DNA of 64,000 bases from a virus (Duplodnaviria; Caudoviricetes), in the IMG/VR virus record IMGVR_UViG_2882504083_000001, positions 1 to 64,000 of that record, one strand, 5' to 3'. The position numbers and the translations under genes were made by a program. The notes beneath the pieces are model-generated. The model saw only the letters and a list, made by a program, of their open reading frames with translations. It made no database searches and was not told where the DNA came from. Each line of letters starts with the position of its first letter. Position 1 is the first letter of the stretch. Shown here piece by piece: positions 30,636-41,618 of this stretch.

Positions 30636-31025
30636 TTAGACTGCGCTCGAATAAAAGAATATTTTTACTTTCCCTTTCGAACAAATTTTCGGATTCCAAT
30701 AAACTTTCGCCTGAGTTGTCGATTGAATTTTCTCCAAAACGATTCCCGAATATATTCCGGATTCGGATAAATCCAAACCGCTCGCATCAAACCACTTATC
30801 CACGGTTATCGAATCCCCGATCGTAAGGGTCGGATTCCCATCAAACGGAATCACGACTTTTACGAATAAATGTGAGATTAAAGAATTGATCGCGAGGACG
30901 TCCCCCAGGTTGTAACTCCCGAGAGGGCTTGAAAAATCGATCTCTGATTCGGCGACGAATAAATTTTTCAATAAAGAATCCTCAAGGAAGTCATCGAACG
31001 TATATGGACCGAGGAAACTCGGCAT
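30636..31025 (-). CDS. hypothetical beta-rich protein, possible virion component
   Basis: 129-aa ORF; VKVVIPFDGNPTLTIGD. Confidence 0.5.
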   Translation of the reverse strand: MPSFLGPYTFDDFLEDSLLKNLFVAESEIDFSSPLGSYNLGDVLAINSLISHLFVKVVIPFDGNPTLTIGDSITVDKWFDASGLDLSESGIYSGIVLEKIQSTTQAKVYWNPKICSKGKVKIFFYSSAV

Positions 31026-31206
31026 TTAGGTTTTAGAAACTTGGTTACGATTTTCACATCGATCAGAATTAAAAAACATCGATCGAAAAAATCGTACAGT
31101 GTCATAAATCAATCGAGAGAAAAAACCGATAGCAAACCAGAAGAGTAGACTTGAAAAAAGTGTATAAAGAAAAATTCCTTCGAAGATTTCATAATTATTC
31201 ATATCT

Positions 31207-34200
31207 TCAAGTTTCTTCCTTATAGAATGAAATCGGGTTTTCTTTTTTACTTTCTTTCACAATATCGCTGATTGTTTTATAATTTTCTTCTTGGCTGGAA
31301 ATTCGCGGTGCAGCTTTATCAAACGGCTTTTCAAGTTGAAATTCTGATTTAAAGACCTTTATGAATTCGTCGAACGCTTTGACTATTCGTTTTCTTTCTT
31401 CTCCTTGAGGGTATTTCATCTCATTTTGATACGCTAGAAGCGGGTGCATATCTTCCGTTACCCTATTCGGCGCAACCAGATAAGTATTTTGCATTCCTTT
31501 CTCTGCGAGTTTGTCCTCGACAAATGCTTCAAAACCGCGCGCGAAAAACTCCACTCTTTCAGTGAGATCTTTGCTCCTCGTTGCGAGCGCGTTATTATAG
31601 AATTTCGTATTTGTGCCATCAGGATTTTTATAGATCGCAGAAATCAATTCTCGAATTGGTTTTACAAATTCACCTTTGGGATTCATAGAAATAAAGTGAC
31701 TTCGATCCCGTTTAGAATCTTTTCCGGTGCAGAAATGGTCAAAGAAATGTCCGAATTCGTGCGCCACTGACCCGTCCCCATTTGTTTTCGTTACATTGAT
31801 GATTCTAAAATTGGAACTGTAACTCGCGGATTGTCCCGGTTTACCCCGCGCACCGAAAGCCATATTCAGTCGTCCTTGAATATTTACTTTTTTTAAATCA
31901 ATCTCTAACGCGTCTTCTAAATCCTTCATGGAAGCAACAAATCGCGTTATATGGTCTTTGGATGACTTATCATCCATGTAATTTCCAAACTGGACGGACC
32001 TAAAGCCCCAATCTTCGGAAAGTGCTTTTGAAGAAATTTCACTCGATTGTATTGCTCGCCCGTTTTTTCTTAATATCACTCCTAATGGTAAACGTTTAAG
32101 ATTTTTTTGATTTGGATTTAATTGTTTTGTAGACTTCTTTTTCTCAGCCCAAGACCAATCTGAATCTCGAACATTATTAAGGGGATATTTTGACCATTCT
32201 TCTCTTGTGGGAATATCTTTCTCTTTCGTTCTTTCGAGGAAGATTTTTTTCGCATACTCTTCGCTAAACTGCGGATTTTTCCTTTGTAATTCTTTTGCAT
32301 TTGGATACATTTTTAAAAACGAATTTCTTTGAAGTTCAGAGTTTAATTCTAATTTCTCAACATAATCTTTGTATTTTTTGGAGGCTGTTTCTTCGCTGAG
32401 TGGATTGTATCTTAAAGCATCCCTCCAAACCATTATCGCGGGATCTGTTTTTGTGAATAAGAGGTTTGCAAATCGATCCCCCATAACCGAAGGAATGAGT
32501 CGTAGACCAGGCTTAGAATCATTCACATAATAATATTTGTTCAATAACGAATAAAGTTCTCGATCTATTTCGTAGGTTTGATTTATTTCACCGCTTACTA
32601 ACTTTTCAATGATCGTTTCTGTACCAGGAACCGTATTTCCGATGATCTTTTTGTATTTTTCGGCAATTGCATTTATAGAATCTTTTGTTTGGTCCGAATT
32701 TGAACATTCAGATTGGAATTCTGAAATCTCAGAGCGAATTTTACTCATAAAATCTCGGAGTGTTCTTCTCGAAAAGGAATTCGCGTAATCAGTAATTTCG
32801 GAAATTGTTTTCGCATTCAAGATCGGATCGAGGATTTCTTTTAAGTTTTGAACATACTCCTTTCGTGCATAATCAGAATCCGCAGGTTTCGAAGCGATCG
32901 CTTCATAAAGCTTCGATTTGAGAAAAACTAAACCACCATTCTCTCCTTTATTTTTGTACTCCGTATAATCAAACTGCGGAAGAACTCGATCTTTTTTTAC
33001 GACTCTTTCGGCTGTTGCAGAATCCAGTTTTTCTAAATCTGCATTCTTGAGTAATTTTGCGATCGCGGCCATCTCTTTTCGAGATCCCGGCACCCGATCA
33101 TTAAAATCTTTGAATTCTTTGTTTTTTTCTTTAACATCAAGTATGCTTTGAACTACATTATGTTCAATGTCGATATTTACGTCCGATTCCTCTTTTTTAA
33201 TTTCCTCTCTATCGGTATCGTTTGAGACTTGAGCGGCTTGGTTTTGTTCAATCCATTCATTTCCATGTGTGTCGTGTTTACCCTCTGCATTTTTGTTACC
33301 GCGCATCGCTTCGGAAAGAGCGGAAGTTTCCAAAGGAAGATTCGTAACCTTGGTTTCGAAATTACTTTCTTTATTTGCAGATGTCTCTTTAGGTTTATCA
33401 ATGACTACGATTCTTGTACTAACCCCTGTTTGTCTAAAAGAGTCGTTACCTTGAAATGATCCCGAAGGAAGTTGTTCCGCTTCGCCGCCGATCTCATCTA
33501 ACCAACTTCTAAAATTTTTTGATTTCGAATCCTCTCGGTAAAATGGACCTTCGGACATGATACTTACGAGTCGTCCGCCCGGTTTCAACAACGAATACGC
33601 GTGTTGAATGTGAGCCATATCTTGACCCTTTTCAAACGGAGGATTCATTATAATTCGATCGTAAAGTTTGTCTTTAAACTCTAAGAAGTCGCTACCAACT
33701 AAGTTGAATTCTTTTTTTTGGAGAATTTCTCGTAAGGAACCGAAATACTCGATCGTATCGGGCTTGATACCCGTTGAGCTTAATATTTCTTCGGAAAGAT
33801 CTCCTTTCCCTGCGGAGGGCTCCAGTACATCCATGCCGAGAGTAATTTGAGCTTCATTTACAAGTCTTTGTGCTAACGGTTTTGGGGTCGGGAAGAAACC
33901 TGGGATCTTGGCACCAATGAGATTTTCTTCTAATTTTTGGATTTCCCGTAATTTTGGATCCGGTCCTCTACCTTGATTCTTTTCAATAAGACCGCGTAAA
34001 TGTTTTCCCGCATCCTCGATCTTTTTATACGTATCAAGACCGAGGCGGAGCATACTTAATGTTTCTGTGTTGTATTGATTTACATCTGGTTTTCCCTTAA
34101 TAAAGATTTCGTATTTAACTTCTCCAATTTGAACCGTATTCTTTGATTTTTTGTCGGCGGGTTTCACATACAGATTTTCTTCGAGATTTTCTTTTAAATC

Positions 34201-35730
34201 AAAGATCCGTTTTAACTCTTCTATTTTTTCAAGATTGTTTATATGGATTGTTTCATGATTCGAATTTCTATCTCTTAGAGTGAATTTAAGAATTGTTTCA
34301 TAATCTGATTTCGAAAGGAGTCTATTTTTCAAAGCCCAGTCTAAACTATGATTATATACTCTGCCTTTTGATCCTATTTTTATATCATTCGATGATTCGG
34401 ATAAAAAAGAATTCCTATAAAATTTACGAAAACTCACAGAAACTTTTTCATCTAAGGCTTTCAATTCATTCGAATCAGGTATTTGTCTATATCTGTCCAG
34501 ATACTTTGAAGCCGATAAAATACCCTCAATATCTTTTTTACTTTTGATACTTTTAAGATACTCTGGAAGTCTTGCGTCTTCGACCTCGTTTGCGAGACCA
34601 TAGAGGGCAGCTTGAATGTTTCTCATCTTTACGGCGTCGTCTCTCATTGCGGAAGCGATTCCCGCCCTTCGTCGCGTCGGGTTTTGTTTAGAAATCGGAG
34701 GGTTTTCTCTGTGCTGAATTGCCTCTTCCATGTTGTCGGCGAGAAGTCTAAATTTAGAAGAGATTACTGATCTTTTTATGGGTGAGTCGTCATCGATCGG
34801 TTTAGGATTGTTTTTTTCGTTATATGTAAGAAGAGAATCGCTTACATAGGTTCTTAATATTTTTAAGACGATGGATGATTCTTTTATTTCAAGCCGCGAG
34901 ACCTCTTCGTTTATCTTCGATTTAATCGCAAGAGGTATCTGTTTTCTTTCGAGGGAGGTTTTCACTCGTTCAATGTAATTTTTATCCGATAGAGAGAGAC
35001 CCTCGTTACTCAGTTCTTTTACAATATCTTGTAAAAAGTTACTTTGAAGAGTTTTCGGTCCGCTCGCCTTAACATCATGTTCGCCCGATGCGTTGTCATT
35101 CCCAAGCATCGCTTCCGAACGCGATCGTTTCGTATCTTTAACTTTTTCGGAAACTAAGGACCGTAAGATTTTATTTACGTTTTCGGAAGTGACTCGAATA
35201 TATCGATATGAAAGATTGAGGATTTTATTTAGATCATTCTCTCCTTTGTAAGCAAGATCCAAGTATTCTTTTGCCCTAGATTCTAACCCCGCATCGAGAA
35301 GTGCGTTTTTGACCTCGGTAATTAGGGATCCTAAATCTTGGATTTTCCCCGGAGTATATACTGGTCTGAAAATTGCTTTCGATTGGTTTTTTAGATGAGG
35401 AAGGTTTGTAAAAAGAGACGGTTGGCGCGGATCGGATTCTTTTTTCGATTTTACCTGTTCTGATTCTAAACGGAAATCACCGTTCTCTTTCCCCTGCAAA
35501 ACATGTTCGTTAGTTTGCGGGTTATGAGTCGCGGTATGTTTTTGATTCTCATTTTTTACTCGGTGAAACGGGGGCTTTGGCGGGGCTTTGATTTGTCTCC
35601 AAGGGTGTTTGAGGTTTGGAAATTTTCTCCAAATAGATAAGTCTTTGTGTGTGGATATATCAAAGTTGTAATATTTTTTTCCTTTAAGAATCAGGAGAGT
35701 ATCGCGCACAACTTCTCGAATTTCAGTCAT
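31207..35730 (-). CDS. large polyvalent protein: adenine-MTase-like domain plus LPD1/zincin-like domain
   Basis: FFPTP, VLEPSAGKG, IIMNPPF; C-terminal VQFGNY, MAFGARG, AHEFGHFFD, EFFARGFEAFV, YPQGEER. Confidence 0.85.
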   Translation of the reverse strand: MTEIREVVRDTLLILKGKKYYNFDISTHKDLSIWRKFPNLKHPWRQIKAPPKPPFHRVKNENQKHTATHNPQTNEHVLQGKENGDFRLESEQVKSKKESDPRQPSLFTNLPHLKNQSKAIFRPVYTPGKIQDLGSLITEVKNALLDAGLESRAKEYLDLAYKGENDLNKILNLSYRYIRVTSENVNKILRSLVSEKVKDTKRSRSEAMLGNDNASGEHDVKASGPKTLQSNFLQDIVKELSNEGLSLSDKNYIERVKTSLERKQIPLAIKSKINEEVSRLEIKESSIVLKILRTYVSDSLLTYNEKNNPKPIDDDSPIKRSVISSKFRLLADNMEEAIQHRENPPISKQNPTRRRAGIASAMRDDAVKMRNIQAALYGLANEVEDARLPEYLKSIKSKKDIEGILSASKYLDRYRQIPDSNELKALDEKVSVSFRKFYRNSFLSESSNDIKIGSKGRVYNHSLDWALKNRLLSKSDYETILKFTLRDRNSNHETIHINNLEKIEELKRIFDLKENLEENLYVKPADKKSKNTVQIGEVKYEIFIKGKPDVNQYNTETLSMLRLGLDTYKKIEDAGKHLRGLIEKNQGRGPDPKLREIQKLEENLIGAKIPGFFPTPKPLAQRLVNEAQITLGMDVLEPSAGKGDLSEEILSSTGIKPDTIEYFGSLREILQKKEFNLVGSDFLEFKDKLYDRIIMNPPFEKGQDMAHIQHAYSLLKPGGRLVSIMSEGPFYREDSKSKNFRSWLDEIGGEAEQLPSGSFQGNDSFRQTGVSTRIVVIDKPKETSANKESNFETKVTNLPLETSALSEAMRGNKNAEGKHDTHGNEWIEQNQAAQVSNDTDREEIKKEESDVNIDIEHNVVQSILDVKEKNKEFKDFNDRVPGSRKEMAAIAKLLKNADLEKLDSATAERVVKKDRVLPQFDYTEYKNKGENGGLVFLKSKLYEAIASKPADSDYARKEYVQNLKEILDPILNAKTISEITDYANSFSRRTLRDFMSKIRSEISEFQSECSNSDQTKDSINAIAEKYKKIIGNTVPGTETIIEKLVSGEINQTYEIDRELYSLLNKYYYVNDSKPGLRLIPSVMGDRFANLLFTKTDPAIMVWRDALRYNPLSEETASKKYKDYVEKLELNSELQRNSFLKMYPNAKELQRKNPQFSEEYAKKIFLERTKEKDIPTREEWSKYPLNNVRDSDWSWAEKKKSTKQLNPNQKNLKRLPLGVILRKNGRAIQSSEISSKALSEDWGFRSVQFGNYMDDKSSKDHITRFVASMKDLEDALEIDLKKVNIQGRLNMAFGARGKPGQSASYSSNFRIINVTKTNGDGSVAHEFGHFFDHFCTGKDSKRDRSHFISMNPKGEFVKPIRELISAIYKNPDGTNTKFYNNALATRSKDLTERVEFFARGFEAFVEDKLAEKGMQNTYLVAPNRVTEDMHPLLAYQNEMKYPQGEERKRIVKAFDEFIKVFKSEFQLEKPFDKAAPRISSQEENYKTISDIVKESKKENPISFYKEET

Positions 35731-35883
35731 TTTGAAAAAGTTTAGTGCGGATCGAATAATCGGAGGTACAGAGCTTTTTTTGGTTAAGTCAATAATTCCT
35801 GGAAAGTCAATTTATAGTTTCTTGACAAAGAAATGAGAATTCATCTACAGTGATGCGATTTTTTTAGTTAAGGAGATTTTGAA

Positions 35884-36156
35884 GTGAGTGAAGAAACAAA
35901 TGATGCGATAATCCAAGCGGACAATGGACAACCGATAAAATGCAAAGTATTAACGGAATCGCTCTCAATAACGCTTCAAAGGTCAGAACTGTATGACCTT
36001 AAAGTTTCCTACCCGATCCATTTTATGATAACGACAAACGGTTTCCATTCACCCTTCCAAGAAATAAATTTAAGGGCATGGTATATCGGAATCGGACCTG
36101 ACAAAGGTGATAAAAAGGCAGAGCAGTTTGAAATAACCGAAATCATAGAAATGTAA
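35884..36156 (+). CDS. small moron-like hypothetical protein opposite to late genes
   Basis: Own TTGACA (35822)...TACAGT promoter and AAGGAG SD. Confidence 0.6.
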   Translation: MSEETNDAIIQADNGQPIKCKVLTESLSITLQRSELYDLKVSYPIHFMITTNGFHSPFQEINLRAWYIGIGPDKGDKKAEQFEITEIIEM

Positions 36157-37725
36157 TTAAGACTTTTCCCGGTGAACACTTTTCGATGGACTCCATTTGA
36201 AATTAAGATTCGTAGACGCCTTCGCTTGACCGGGAATAAAATCGTCGATTACATCCGTGATATATCCGAATTCGGAAACGTCTTCGATTGGAATTGGATA
36301 GGTCTTTGACGGATCGATAAAAATTTTAAAAGGCATGCCGGGTCTCAGAGGAACAAAACCGGTCTCAAAGGTGCCTGACGAAACTTTTAATTCATCGCGG
36401 TTGCAAAATATTTGAAAGAGAGTATCCCGGATTCTCGAAAGTTCACCTTTGTAGTTTTCCTTTTTCGAAGCCGTTAGGTTCTCTTCTTTAAAAACAAGTC
36501 CAGCGACTTTAACATGTAAAAGTTTAGGCCCAAAGACTGCGCGCAATTTGTCATCATACTTTGGTTCGGAAAGAATGGTTCCAAAACTTTGAAATGTGTT
36601 TTGGATAACGTGAACACCGACGACTACGGATTCTTCGGAGTCCTCAATTCTGTAATTTTTTAGATCGTCCAGGTCAAAAAGATAATACGCATCGATTCCG
36701 AAACTCTCTAAGTCTCTGAACCTTCCATCAGGTCCAAACATATAAAACGGAGTCGGTCTAAAAATAACTTTTGCTTCCGTATTCCCTACCTCGTATTCTT
36801 CGACGACCGAAGAACCGACCTCGCCAAAGGAAACACCTTTTCCATAAACACCGTCGAGGTCGAAAGTTTCTAACGGATCGACAAACAATTCATAAAGCGG
36901 TTCGGATACATACGAACGAAGGATCTCCCAAAAATTTACATAGGAACCGATCGTAAAGGAGGATAGGACTTGCGATTCGTACGCAAAAAACTCCGTATAC
37001 GCCTTCTTCGGTAGTAGGATCGAAAGTATCGCATCTGTGTTTTGGGAAGTTGTCGGTGAAAGGACGTTTTTGTCGGCGTACCGAGAAACGTTCATAAGTT
37101 TACAAAAGAACTCGTCCCAAAAGTTCCGTATCAAATCGGAAAGCTGGCCTTGTAAAAAAACCTGCGCGGCCTTCGTGATAACACCGGCGTACGAATCTTC
37201 GGAACGCGCCGCCGGTTCGCCGTCTTGTTTTTGATAGTCGATAAAAAAGTCGGTATCGGAAAGAATTGTCTCGATCGGTGAAATCGTAACGTTTACAAAA
37301 CTTTTTCCGTCCGCCGAATACTCTCGCGCAGCGTTTTTCACCTTCCCGACATTGAGCTTTCGAAATACTGGATTTTTTTCTTTCCCCTCCCCTACATCGA
37401 TGTAAAGAAAAACGATACTCCTGATCGAAAAGACCTCTCGAAATGGAATCTCCTCTCCTTCTTCAATTTGGTCTAACGGAAGCGCGGTATCTCCGCTTGT
37501 TTGAACGAAGTATTTTTCTTGATAGGGAATTGTTAGAAAGATTCCACCTTTTCCGGCGGAGATAGAGCGGTGAGACTTAATACTCGTAACATATTCAACC
37601 GGAAAGAAATGTTTCGAATCTTTTCCAGGAAGACGGATCTCTAGCGCGAAGCCCTTTGGGGGTAAAAAGAAAGAGTTACGAACCGATTTGAATTCTTTTT
37701 GTTTCGTATCACCGGCAGACGGCAT
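36157..37725 (-). CDS. baseplate hub protein (gp27-like)
   Basis: VTSIKSHRSIS...GGIFLTI, GKVK...R..SADG; follows spike gene. Confidence 0.65.
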   Translation of the reverse strand: MPSAGDTKQKEFKSVRNSFFLPPKGFALEIRLPGKDSKHFFPVEYVTSIKSHRSISAGKGGIFLTIPYQEKYFVQTSGDTALPLDQIEEGEEIPFREVFSIRSIVFLYIDVGEGKEKNPVFRKLNVGKVKNAAREYSADGKSFVNVTISPIETILSDTDFFIDYQKQDGEPAARSEDSYAGVITKAAQVFLQGQLSDLIRNFWDEFFCKLMNVSRYADKNVLSPTTSQNTDAILSILLPKKAYTEFFAYESQVLSSFTIGSYVNFWEILRSYVSEPLYELFVDPLETFDLDGVYGKGVSFGEVGSSVVEEYEVGNTEAKVIFRPTPFYMFGPDGRFRDLESFGIDAYYLFDLDDLKNYRIEDSEESVVVGVHVIQNTFQSFGTILSEPKYDDKLRAVFGPKLLHVKVAGLVFKEENLTASKKENYKGELSRIRDTLFQIFCNRDELKVSSGTFETGFVPLRPGMPFKIFIDPSKTYPIPIEDVSEFGYITDVIDDFIPGQAKASTNLNFKWSPSKSVHREKS

Positions 37726-37747
37726 TCCAAAACTATTTCTTATTTTT

Positions 37748-38449
37748 CTAAATCGGCGGTCCGGTTTTTGTAGGTGGTGACGGACCCGGTGAATACGTAT
37801 GTCCGTGGTTTTTGGCAGGAATTCCGTCGATGATTACATCCTCGCTAACCGTGATTTTTCCGGTCTGGTCCGTATCTCCTTCTATCGTTAAATCCCCTTC
37901 GAATTTTGTGTTTCCTTTGAATGTAGTCTCACCCTCAATTTCCAGAGTTTCGACTTTGAGTTTTGCTTTTTTGTTTTCGAAGTCGAGTGAGAATACAAGA
38001 ACTTGATTTTCGTTATAGATTTCGATTTTGTGTGTGGTTTTTCGTATGCAGTAACCGGATTCGTGAAAGTCGATAATGTCTTTTTCAGGATCGATAAAAC
38101 TAAACTTAGACCAAAAACTTTGAAGATTGGAAAGATCAGAATCCTTTGTAGCGAATGGAAAAACTTGTGTGATTACAGGTGCGCGGTAGGAACCTGCGAT
38201 AAACTCCAAAAGGACTAACTGGTCTTTTTTGATTCCAAACGCTCGTCCGTGTGCATTCCCATTTTGTTTTAAAAAAGGTCCGATGGTTCGAACCTTTTTA
38301 AACGGTTCTCCAAAGGTTGTTATCACGTTTACGCGAAACCGCGGTAGAACCTCGGTAACTGTCGCAAGTAGCGCGGAGGCAAACCTTGAGTCCGGGGACT
38401 GAGGTCGTTCTTGAAAGTCAAATGCGTCGTTTGAAAATCCAGACCTCAT
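37748..38449 (-). CDS. baseplate central spike (GpV/gp45-like)
   Basis: N-terminal OB-fold pattern, beta-helix repeats (LEIEGETTFKGNTKFEGDLTIEG), terminal HGH metal-binding motif. Confidence 0.85.
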   Translation of the reverse strand: MRSGFSNDAFDFQERPQSPDSRFASALLATVTEVLPRFRVNVITTFGEPFKKVRTIGPFLKQNGNAHGRAFGIKKDQLVLLEFIAGSYRAPVITQVFPFATKDSDLSNLQSFWSKFSFIDPEKDIIDFHESGYCIRKTTHKIEIYNENQVLVFSLDFENKKAKLKVETLEIEGETTFKGNTKFEGDLTIEGDTDQTGKITVSEDVIIDGIPAKNHGHTYSPGPSPPTKTGPPI

Positions 38450-40356
38450 ACGGAAATTATCGCGCTCCCTCCGCTCAACGATTCGATATAAAATAGAAAG
38501 TGAAGGGTGTCTGCGTCTTGAACAGTTCCGAAGAACTTCGCATCAAGAATACGTGGATTGGATTTAATCAGTCTTAGGAATTGAGGGATATATTTTTTTC
38601 TTTGAATTTCGTCGGGCAATTCTCCCGGAGGAATCGGATTTCCAATTTCAGGAGAACCGGGAATTGATCCTTGAATAATGTCAATGTGATCTAACGTTTC
38701 GTTAAATAGTGCATCGTCTCCCTCGACAAGTGCAAGATCGCCGGTCGGAGACACTTCAATTCCTCTGTTCGGCGTGAGCTTTATATCGCAACCGATGAGT
38801 GCGACCTCTAAATCTTTCGGAGAAGGATTCTCGGGAAGACTTGTGAAAATATTCGTTCTTGTTCCATACGGGATCTTGATTGCAAGTCGATCGAGGGTTG
38901 TATCTCTTTTACCGTTAAAAGATGCAAGGGCTTGTCCAAGGCTTGCGTCTCCGAGCTTTGTTTCTGCGATATTCTCCCAAGTATCATTTGCCGAAGTATG
39001 AAGTATGGAAAATTCGTTGTCAATACTTGCTACGTTAAGCGCGGCAAGGGTTTCAAGTAGTATCTCATCGGCGGATAAGGCGAACCTGTAAACGTCGTTG
39101 TCGACCCATACAGTAAAATCCGCACCGGGTTGTAGGCTCATGGCTTCATACGATCCCGAGTTATCCACTGGGATCACGAACTGACCTATCAGCGCAAAAA
39201 GCGCAGAGCAGTTGTGTCGAGTTTGGTCAATGTTTTGTCTAAATTCAGCTTCGTTCGCTCTCGACTTTTTGTAAGCTTCGTCGATTTTGTCTGATAATTC
39301 CTCTGCGTGAAATCCTCTTCTTTTTTTAGATATTCCCAAATCGGATTTTGCGGACTCAAACGTAACGCGAGCGAGCTTTCCTTGCGCGGTAAACTGATCT
39401 TTCATCCGGTCCCAAGAAGAAAGAAGTCTTTTTGCGGAACTTGTAAAAACTTGTACTCCGCGAGCGGCACCAAGTAATGCACCGGAAAGTTGTAAGGGTA
39501 CATTTACAAGATTCTCGAGCTCGTTCATAAGACCGGAAATGGTTCGAAACGCGTTGAAGTTACTCCTTACAAGCTGGCTCGCGATTTTAGAATTCAGTTC
39601 CTTTACGACGACAAGGTTTAGCGAATACTTGTAAGTGTTTGTGTCGCTGACTGACCGGGAAATCGTAAATCCATTCTGCGGAATCACAACCTCGACAGTA
39701 CGATTTCGATCGTAATCCCGAAAAACAAACGCATGCGTTTTCCATGTGAGTCGATTCTCTGAAAATAGTTTTGTGATCTTTTGTGCTTGTGGATCGTTTG
39801 AAGAATACTCAACCGCGTCAAGACTCCTTGCGTAGTGAAGAAAATACATAAAGTCTTGAAACTCTTGAAGCCCGGAACGAAACTCCCCTCCCCCAAGACT
39901 CAAGTAACTGCTTCGAATCTTGTCGTAGTAACTCCCAACTTTGTTTTTTACGATCGACTTCCCGGCGGAAAATGCGGACTGAACAAATCCACTCCCTGAG
40001 TCTCCTGGTATGGAAATTTTAGGTTTTGAAGGAAGACCCAAATGATAGATGTGAAACTCCCCTTCGAGTTTTATATCGTTGTTATCTTGTCCGTAATCGA
40101 CAACGATACAACTTCCAAAGGTTTTCTCGACTGAAGTTCTGTTTTTAAAATTTTCAGTGTAGCTAAGAGGGCCGTTTACAAAAAAGTATTCTGATTCATT
40201 TTGAAAAATAGAATACGTTCCGTTTGATTTCTTTTCATAGAAAGCAAACGAGAAAACATTTTGAGGCTCATAAGTCGGCGCAAGAGACCCGCTAAACGCT
40301 CCTCCCGTAACTGAATTAAATCCCGACGTTACTCCACTGACGACACTGGAAAGCAC
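38446..40356 (-). CDS. baseplate protein: tube-initiator-like region, LysM/tail-X-like motif and gp25-like C-terminus
   Basis: TWENIAETKLGDASLGQALASFN; GCDIKL...TGDLALVEG...NPRI. Confidence 0.6.
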   Translation of the reverse strand: MLSSVVSGVTSGFNSVTGGAFSGSLAPTYEPQNVFSFAFYEKKSNGTYSIFQNESEYFFVNGPLSYTENFKNRTSVEKTFGSCIVVDYGQDNNDIKLEGEFHIYHLGLPSKPKISIPGDSGSGFVQSAFSAGKSIVKNKVGSYYDKIRSSYLSLGGGEFRSGLQEFQDFMYFLHYARSLDAVEYSSNDPQAQKITKLFSENRLTWKTHAFVFRDYDRNRTVEVVIPQNGFTISRSVSDTNTYKYSLNLVVVKELNSKIASQLVRSNFNAFRTISGLMNELENLVNVPLQLSGALLGAARGVQVFTSSAKRLLSSWDRMKDQFTAQGKLARVTFESAKSDLGISKKRRGFHAEELSDKIDEAYKKSRANEAEFRQNIDQTRHNCSALFALIGQFVIPVDNSGSYEAMSLQPGADFTVWVDNDVYRFALSADEILLETLAALNVASIDNEFSILHTSANDTWENIAETKLGDASLGQALASFNGKRDTTLDRLAIKIPYGTRTNIFTSLPENPSPKDLEVALIGCDIKLTPNRGIEVSPTGDLALVEGDDALFNETLDHIDIIQGSIPGSPEIGNPIPPGELPDEIQRKKYIPQFLRLIKSNPRILDAKFFGTVQDADTLHFLFYIESLSGGSAIISV

Positions 40357-40382
40357 GAAAGAGAGAGTAGGGGAGGCTTTTT

Positions 40383-40400
40383 AATCGGAGTTTTCCGATT
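40383..40400. promoter_or_regulatory. palindrome AATCGGA-GTTT-TCCGATT between divergent baseplate genes
   Basis: Places TCCGATT 26 and 27 nt before the two divergent GTG starts. Confidence 0.65.
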
Positions 40401-40427
40401 TCAAATTTTCGAATACGGATCTTCTTT

Positions 40428-41618
40428 GTGGCCGCTCCGTATGTTCCAAAAATTTTCTTAGAATATGTTACCGCGATACAGAACTCGCTTCTTGCTTCCG
40501 GTTCACGTCTTTCAAATTTTAATCCAGGTTCAAGAATCTCAACATGGATTGCCGCGATCGCAACAGTCCTCGCAGAAGGGGATCTACGAACCCTTAACGG
40601 TTTTTACTACGCGATCAAAGAAGGCGTATACAACGCCTTCGGTTTTAAAAGACTCCCCGGACTTGTATCCGTTGGACTCGTTCGTATCGAACATTTAGGT
40701 CATACCGAACCGATCACAATTCCCGTTTTCAAACTCGACCTTTTCGGTCTTGAGTATGAATCGATCGCATCCGTTACTATACCGGTTGGACAAACCTTTA
40801 GCGAGATTGAAATCCGGGCAAAAAAGCCAGGAGTCGATTACAATATCCGTAGGCTTTCGATCAATACACTGGAAGGACTTGGTTCGGTAAATATCGAACT
40901 TCCGCCAAACATTCGAATATGGAATCCGGCAGACTTCGCTGGTGGAACAAATCTTGAATCCGAAGAAAACAGGTTAAAAAGATTCAGAAACTTTATCATT
41001 TCATTAGGTCGTTCGACAAAGCTTGGAATCTATACTGCGGCCACATCGATCCCCGGAATAGCAGGGGTTCAACTAACAACAAACTGCAATCCATATTCGG
41101 GTGCGTTCGAAATCGGTTGGATCAATTTGTATGTAAGCGACGGAACCTCAAACCCTCCACAAAGTCTTTTGGATTTGGTTCAAAAAACGATCGAAGGAGA
41201 CCTAAAAGATCCAGAGAATTATCCCGGATTTTCCGCCGCAGGTACCCAAGTTGCCGTTTTCCGAATTCCGGTCTTTGGTATCACGGTAAAGTTCAAGCTT
41301 CAAATCCAAAAAGAATCTCAGCTAAAAGATGAAGACGCGTTAAATATCGCGCAAAATCAAATCACCGTTTACCTGAATACGCTTCCTGTTGGTTACGATG
41401 TTCTTTTAAAACAAGTCGAGGGAACTATCCTTAAAGCGCACCCTGACTTTTATCGGGTCATTATCGAAGAATTCTACGGAAAACTTGCAAGTGATCCTGT
41501 TCCAAATCCAGTCCCGCTAAACTCTGATGTCGTGGTTCCATCGACGTATCTACCGCGCACAGGTGGAACCTCCGGCGGTTCCATCTCTGGAACGCTTGAA
41601 CGAGTGGAGCCAACCTAA
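40428..41618 (+). CDS. baseplate J/gp47-like wedge protein
   Basis: SNFNPGSRI, EIRAKKPG..YN, AGGTNLESEE..LKRF, GWINLYVSDG. Confidence 0.9.
   Translation: MAAPYVPKIFLEYVTAIQNSLLASGSRLSNFNPGSRISTWIAAIATVLAEGDLRTLNGFYYAIKEGVYNAFGFKRLPGLVSVGLVRIEHLGHTEPITIPVFKLDLFGLEYESIASVTIPVGQTFSEIEIRAKKPGVDYNIRRLSINTLEGLGSVNIELPPNIRIWNPADFAGGTNLESEENRLKRFRNFIISLGRSTKLGIYTAATSIPGIAGVQLTTNCNPYSGAFEIGWINLYVSDGTSNPPQSLLDLVQKTIEGDLKDPENYPGFSAAGTQVAVFRIPVFGITVKFKLQIQKESQLKDEDALNIAQNQITVYLNTLPVGYDVLLKQVEGTILKAHPDFYRVIIEEFYGKLASDPVPNPVPLNSDVVVPSTYLPRTGGTSGGSISGTLERVEPT

Noticed and set aside
36157-37725. Portal protein (size match)
   Set aside because: Beta-rich hub-like pattern and position next to the spike gene fit a baseplate hub better
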